DNA of 64,000 nt from Flavobacteriales bacterium (GTDB lineage Bacteria > Bacteroidota > Bacteroidia > Palsa-965): assembly GCA_040377305.1 (NCBI GenBank), contig JBEIPA010000011.1:64001-128000 (forward strand). Direction: 5' to 3'. This document shows, one piece after another, positions 59,498 through 64,000 of the stretch. The stretch's first letter is position 1, and each line of letters starts with the position of its first letter. The notes beneath the pieces were generated by a model, which had not been told where the DNA came from, ran no database searches, and was given only the letters and a program-made list of their open reading frames with translations. A program made the position numbers and the translations under genes.

Positions 59498-60616
59498 ATG
59501 GCTAAGAACGTAGTATTTACCCTTGTGCTTGTGTTGGGACTTCATGTATGCAACGCCCAAACCTTCACCGGCAAACCACAATACGACATCAACGTTTACC
59601 GCGATACAACGTATATCGGAACAACCAGGGTCGAATTGTTTCCGGCAATTGCTCCGCTGCACACGCACATGTTCGATAGCCTGGTGAGCACACAGTTCTA
59701 TGATAGCACGGCGTTTCATCGTGTAATTCCGGGATTCATGATTCAGGGTGGAGATCCGAATTCACGCAGCGGACCAATCAGCACCTGGGGACAAGGCCAA
59801 CCCTGGCAGCCAACCGTGAATGCAGAATTCACCGCAGCAAGACATTTGCGCGGAAGAATGTCGGCAGCACGTGACGCAAATCCGAACAGTGCAACTTCAC
59901 AATTCTTCATTTGTGTTGCAACAGCAAACTGGCTTGATGGACAATATTCAGTTTACGGACGCGTAGTTGGCGGAATGAATTTCGTAGACACCATTGTAAA
60001 CGAGCCTCGTGATGCGAACGACAATCCATTCATCAAGATGTCGATGTTCGTTGATTACGTAGGAGAAGTTGATACACTCGCAGTTCCGCCTACGCATAAC
60101 GCACCTGCGAATTTCTCATCGAGTAATTCAACATCACGTGTAGTTAGTTGGCTAGCGGTACCCGATGCAGCACTGTACAATCTTCAGGTGTCAACAGATT
60201 CAACTTTTGCAACTACTCATCTTGATGTGGATGTTGGAAACACAACGCGTCTTGTAAGCGGACTCACACTCGGACAAACTTATTACTGGCGATTACGCAG
60301 CAACAACGGCGGCGACACAAGCGCATTTACGCAGTGGTGGTGTTTCAACACTTCTCCAACTGGAATTGCAGAAGGAAGCGTTCAAAGTGAAGTAGTTGTT
60401 TATCCTAATCCAAGTGCAGGACAGTTCACCTTCGCCGACATGGAAGTTGGAAACACCATCGAAGTTTTCGATCTCTCCGGTCGCGTGATTTATACATCGA
60501 CTGCAAACAACGCCATCTGCATGGTTGATCTTTCAATGTTCACTAGTGGAGTTTACTTCTACGGCATTCGAAAGGACAACGAGAAAGTACAGCAAGGAAA
60601 ACTCGTCATCGAATAA
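59498..60616 (+). CDS. cyclophilin-type PPIase fused to an FN3-like domain and T9SS CTD
   Basis: FHRVIPGFMIQGGDP, SATSQFFI, WLDGQYSVYGRV; YYWRLR; VYPNP...GVYF...KLVIE; start moved to 59498. Confidence 0.9.
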   Translation: MAKNVVFTLVLVLGLHVCNAQTFTGKPQYDINVYRDTTYIGTTRVELFPAIAPLHTHMFDSLVSTQFYDSTAFHRVIPGFMIQGGDPNSRSGPISTWGQGQPWQPTVNAEFTAARHLRGRMSAARDANPNSATSQFFICVATANWLDGQYSVYGRVVGGMNFVDTIVNEPRDANDNPFIKMSMFVDYVGEVDTLAVPPTHNAPANFSSSNSTSRVVSWLAVPDAALYNLQVSTDSTFATTHLDVDVGNTTRLVSGLTLGQTYYWRLRSNNGGDTSAFTQWWCFNTSPTGIAEGSVQSEVVVYPNPSAGQFTFADMEVGNTIEVFDLSGRVIYTSTANNAICMVDLSMFTSGVYFYGIRKDNEKVQQGKLVIE

Positions 60617-60625
60617 CATCGTGAA

Positions 60626-60720
60626 TGCCTGCGGCGCTTACCACGGCGGCGCGGCGTTACGGAGAAAATCCTTTGGAATTATACCCAATACTATCGGGAC
60701 CGTGGTAAGCGCCGCAGGCA
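60626..60720. repeat. ACCACGG-core REP pair (perfect 21-bp IR)
   Basis: TGCCTGCGGCGCTTACCACGG 60626-60646 / 60700-60720. Confidence 0.85.
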
Positions 60721-60727
60721 ACCGCAG

Positions 60728-61075
60728 TTATTTGGCAGCCTCTTTAAGGTTAGCAACATTCGTCTTTGAATTGCCGATGAAAATCTGACCGTTAATAATA
60801 GCGACCGGTCTTTTCAGAAAAGTATATTCTTCAAGAATCAATTTGCGATATTCTTTCTCCGTCGTCGGTTTCGGATCAAGCGATTTGTACTTCAATGCTA
60901 CACGCGAGAAAAGTGCTTCGTAGCTACCCGCCATCTTTTTCATTTCATCCAGTTGCGCCGCAGTAATTGGTTGTGTCTTGATATCCTGCAACTCAAAACC
61001 TTTCGGTGTGATCTTGCAATCTTTCATGATGCGCGCACAAGTGGAGCAGGTGGAGAGGTAGTACATTTTTTTCAT
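60728..61075 (-). CDS. ArsC/Spx-like thioredoxin-fold protein
   Basis: YYL.TCSTC, GSYEALFS, YTFLKRPV. Confidence 0.88.
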   Translation of the reverse strand: MKKMYYLSTCSTCARIMKDCKITPKGFELQDIKTQPITAAQLDEMKKMAGSYEALFSRVALKYKSLDPKPTTEKEYRKLILEEYTFLKRPVAIINGQIFIGNSKTNVANLKEAAK

Positions 61076-61090
61076 GTCGTAAAGATAAAA

Positions 61091-61176
61091 GTTCCCCGTT
61101 TCCAGTTCCGGGTTTCCCGTTAAGTTGGACTAAGTAACGATATTCAACAGGGAACTGGAAACAGGGAACGGGGAAC
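61091..61176. repeat. 7-nt periodic GG(G/A)AAC inverted element between two divergent -7 boxes
   Basis: gttccccgtttccagttccgggtttcccg / cagggaactggaaacagggaacggggaac. Confidence 0.8.
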
Positions 61177-61193
61177 AGTAGTACATTTGCATC

Positions 61194-62351
61194 ATGAAAG
61201 ACGCATCCGCATACGGCTTCGGCACAAAAGCAATTCACGCCGGACAAGAACCTGATCCTACTACCGGTGCAATCATGACACCGATTTACCAAACGTCTAC
61301 GTATGTGCAGGAATCTCCCGGCACAAACAAAGGGTATGGTTATGCACGTGGAAAAAATCCTACGCGTGTTGCACTGGAAAATTGTTTGGCTGCGTTAGAA
61401 GGCGCGCAATACGGATTGTGTTTCTCCAGCGGCATGGGCTCCATGGATGCTGTGTGTAAATTGCTTCGTCCCGGAGATGAAGTAATTACTGGTGACGATT
61501 TATACGGTGGCGCGTATCGCATGTTCACGAAAGTATTTGCGAACTACGGAATCAAGTTTCATTTCATCAACATGACGAACGCGGAGAACATCCGTAAGTA
61601 TGTCAATGCAAATACAAAATTGATTTGGGTGGAAACACCTTCGAATCCAACGATGCAGATTATTGATCTCGCCGCGGTTTCGAAAATCGCGAAGGAAGCA
61701 AAAGCAATTTTCGCAGTCGACAATACATTCGCAACGCCGTACCTGCAGAATCCCATTGCACTGGGTGCTGATATTGTGATGCACTCTGTAACAAAATATC
61801 TTGGTGGTCACTCGGATGTCGTGATGGGCGCGCTGATGATGAATTCAAAAGATCTGTATGATCAATTGTATTTCATTCTCAACAGCTGCGGTGCTAATCC
61901 GGGACCTATGGATTCTTTCCTCGTGCTGCGTGGTGTGAAAACATTGCACGTGCGAATGGATCGTCATTGCGAAAACGGAAAGCAAATTGCTGCATACTTG
62001 AAAACACATCCGCGCATTGATAAAATCTACTGGCCGGGATTTACTGATCATCCGAATCACGACATCGCGAAGAAGCAAATGAAAGATTTCGGTGGCATGA
62101 TTTCATTCTCACTGAAAGGTGCAGATCTGAAAGAAACATTCCGCGTAGCATCTTCATTCAAAGTGTTCTCACTGGCAGAATCATTGGGCGGAGTAGAATC
62201 GTTGATCAATCACCCGGCAACCATGACGCACGCTTCCATTCCGAAAGAAGAGCGCGAGAAATCAGGAGTGGTTGACAACCTTCTTCGTCTCAGCGTGGGA
62301 ATAGAAAATGCAGAAGATTTGCTTGCGGATTTGAAACAAGCTCTCGGCTAA
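61194..62351 (+). CDS. cystathionine gamma-synthase/lyase family PLP enzyme
   Basis: PIYQTSTY, NPTR, VDNTFATP, HSVTKYLGGHSD, AESLGGVESL. Confidence 0.95.
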   Translation: MKDASAYGFGTKAIHAGQEPDPTTGAIMTPIYQTSTYVQESPGTNKGYGYARGKNPTRVALENCLAALEGAQYGLCFSSGMGSMDAVCKLLRPGDEVITGDDLYGGAYRMFTKVFANYGIKFHFINMTNAENIRKYVNANTKLIWVETPSNPTMQIIDLAAVSKIAKEAKAIFAVDNTFATPYLQNPIALGADIVMHSVTKYLGGHSDVVMGALMMNSKDLYDQLYFILNSCGANPGPMDSFLVLRGVKTLHVRMDRHCENGKQIAAYLKTHPRIDKIYWPGFTDHPNHDIAKKQMKDFGGMISFSLKGADLKETFRVASSFKVFSLAESLGGVESLINHPATMTHASIPKEEREKSGVVDNLLRLSVGIENAEDLLADLKQALG

Positions 62352-62461
62352 TGATTGGATGATCTGATGATAGAATGATAAGATTCAGGCGTTGTAAGAA
62401 CGAATGATCTTTTCAGTATGCTTCAATTCTATCATCCAATAATTTTATCATCCTATCATCA
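62351..62461. repeat. 8-nt periodic ATGATnnn inverted element
   Basis: atgattgg atgatctg atgataga atgataag / atcat...atcatcct atcatcat; related unit at 19293-19326. Confidence 0.75.
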
Positions 62462-62944
62462 TTACCGTGTTTTCACAATCCTGAACGGTGGCACTTTCAT
62501 CGCTATCGGTCTTCCGGCAAGATCCACTAGCTCGACTTTTGTGACCGTAACGTACGCACCGATTTTGTGTTTTTCAATTGCACGAACCGCTTGACCGAAG
62601 TCTCGACGTTCGCTGCACCCACCCCGAATGAGATTGCCATTGAAGTATTCGAAATTGTAACTCTTCACGGCATAGTTCTGCACATTTCCGGCAGCGTCTG
62701 TGAAGACCAGAATTCCTTTGCATTCAGCCGGATAATAGGAACATTCATATTTGTCGTCAGTCACAATTTTAAACGTATGCCGATTGTAGTGCAGACTGTC
62801 ACTTGTCTTTCCTGTGAGCGTATCGAGACGCATGCTGAGATCAGTTCCCCACATGTTCACGAATACAATCTGTGTCGTCGCTTGTGAATTCAGATAACCG
62901 GTAAAGAACAGGAGAAATAAAGCAAGTATTATTTTCGATTTCAT
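62462..62944 (-). CDS. secreted hypothetical protein, weak resemblance to the GldM C-terminal domain
   Basis: Signal peptide ending NSQ; V.SY.F...GN...I.....G..V.V..V......G......P.FRI pattern. Confidence 0.6.
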   Translation of the reverse strand: MKSKIILALFLLFFTGYLNSQATTQIVFVNMWGTDLSMRLDTLTGKTSDSLHYNRHTFKIVTDDKYECSYYPAECKGILVFTDAAGNVQNYAVKSYNFEYFNGNLIRGGCSERRDFGQAVRAIEKHKIGAYVTVTKVELVDLAGRPIAMKVPPFRIVKTR

Positions 62945-63123
62945 ACCTGTTTATACCGGAGTGAAGCAATAGGTAACCGTAAACTCGTGGTTTTATTCTC
63001 CGCCGTCCCCAATAGAGATATGCTCGTCGGGACAGATTTCGCTGACTGCTATTTGTTACATAGTAACACCTAACGACCTCAGCTAATTCATTTAGCACAT
63101 TACCTCATTAGCATGTTAGCACA

Positions 63124-63504
63124 TTACTGATCATTCCACTGTTCTTTCACCCGAATCTTATATCCACCCGCATCTTCACACTTTTGTCTCGCTGCTTCAT
63201 CCGCTTCATCTTGTGTGGCGTAACCGAATGCAACGCCTATGACTTTCGAATCAACGTAGTCTGTTCCGATACAGATGGCCCCGTACCCCTTTTTCGCTGA
63301 GAAGTCCTGCACAACAGGTTGGGTGCCTCCGCTCTTGATGCAATTGGAGTATGCGCATTCACGCGCCGCCATTTCCGAAGAAGCTCCATAACAAAAGCCA
63401 TAATTGCCGGTTTCAGCGCAGAAATACACAGCACTTTGCGCTTTAGAAATCACCGGGAAAAACACGAGTGACAATACGCAGACAATTAACAAGCGATTCA
63501 GCAT
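63124..63504 (-). CDS. secreted DUF4189-like protein
   Basis: Signal peptide ending KAQ; two G..YG..S...A...A...C...GG units. Confidence 0.75.
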   Translation of the reverse strand: MLNRLLIVCVLSLVFFPVISKAQSAVYFCAETGNYGFCYGASSEMAARECAYSNCIKSGGTQPVVQDFSAKKGYGAICIGTDYVDSKVIGVAFGYATQDEADEAARQKCEDAGGYKIRVKEQWNDQ

Positions 63505-63584
63505 GGGGTGGATGATTTTATAAGTTAAAAATAGGAAAATCCCCCATTGCGGAATGTGGAAAAAGAGGTTTGTTTTACCCTATA

Positions 63585-64000
63585 ATGCAAACAAAACTGC
63601 ACGTGAATTACTATTTCATCACTGGAACATCGAAAGGAATCGGCAAAGCTATTGTTGATGAAATTTTGCTGCGTGAGCACGTGAAAGTCACTGGCATTGG
63701 CAGAAAGAATTCGCATTCATCGCCCAGGTTTGTGTTTGTTCCACTTGATTTATCCAATACAAAATCTGCTGGCGAATTTGAATTTCCTTCCTGTAGTGAT
63801 GCGAAGAACATTTATCTCATCAACAACGCAGGAGCATTGGGAGAAGTGAAGCATGTTGGCGATTTCTCCAATCAAAACTTCGAAGAAATCATCAACCTGA
63901 ATTTAACCGCGGTTATGATTATCACGAATAAGTTTCTGGCTGCGTTTTCGAAGAAAAATGTTCCTCTTGTGATACTGAATATCAGTTCAGGTGCTGGGAA
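63585..64000 (+). CDS. SDR oxidoreductase (benzil/sepiapterin reductase-like), truncated by the window end
   Basis: Translated by hand: (MQTKLH)VNYYFITGTSKGIGKA...LINNAG...ILNISSGAG; start 63585 or 63603; not in the ORF track. Confidence 0.85.
   Translation, partial: MQTKLHVNYYFITGTSKGIGKAIVDEILLREHVKVTGIGRKNSHSSPRFVFVPLDLSNTKSAGEFEFPSCSDAKNIYLINNAGALGEVKHVGDFSNQNFEEIINLNLTAVMIITNKFLAAFSKKNVPLVILNISSGAG

Noticed and set aside
8704-63126. Short repeat runs as CRISPR arrays
   Set aside because: Units are 6-15 nt, degenerate and inverted, with no constant repeat plus unique spacer structure and no cas genes.
1-64000. Prophage, IS, integron, tRNA or rRNA
   Set aside because: No integrase, transposase, phage structural gene or cloverleaf was recognised; a tRNAscan or Infernal run would be needed to exclude small RNAs formally.

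Overview
Core-chromosome segment of a Bacteroidota bacterium. The assignment rests on TAnnTTTG -7 promoters, five proteins with T9SS C-terminal sorting domains and the ftsX-DUF3098-uppP-truB-queA order. Housekeeping genes (dnaG, ispB, rlmN, ispD, queA, truB, uppP, ftsX, leuS, kynA, msrB, purD, purQ, nadD, gmk, yicC, cystathionine lyase) are mixed with secreted and envelope proteins. I see no rRNA, tRNA, CRISPR, integrase, transposase or reverse transcriptase. Six things stand out. (1) A DoxX-like membrane gene sits back-to-back with an ATGA-coupled operon of four small secreted paralogs (Q-T-x-R-I-A-H-R-x-H-S-G...Y-G motif), and both sides carry the same TGAACY-N15-TGTACA ECF-type promoter. 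(2) A cluster of four tiny secreted basic peptides carries sigma54-type or ECF-type promoters and 21-bp-period CACTTG boxes. (3) Two genes have their last codons duplicated downstream, in frame, with synonymous changes only. (4) The -7 box lies 3-5 nt before the start codon in about 16 genes, which suggests widespread leaderless mRNA. (5) Most intergenic gaps hold a palindromic or periodic-repeat element, and some of these elements sit in frame inside leuS and the DoxX-like gene. (6) An anti-sigma-like protein has five tandem repeats. All product calls come from motif recognition by eye; no database was searched. Several ORF-track starts were shortened.
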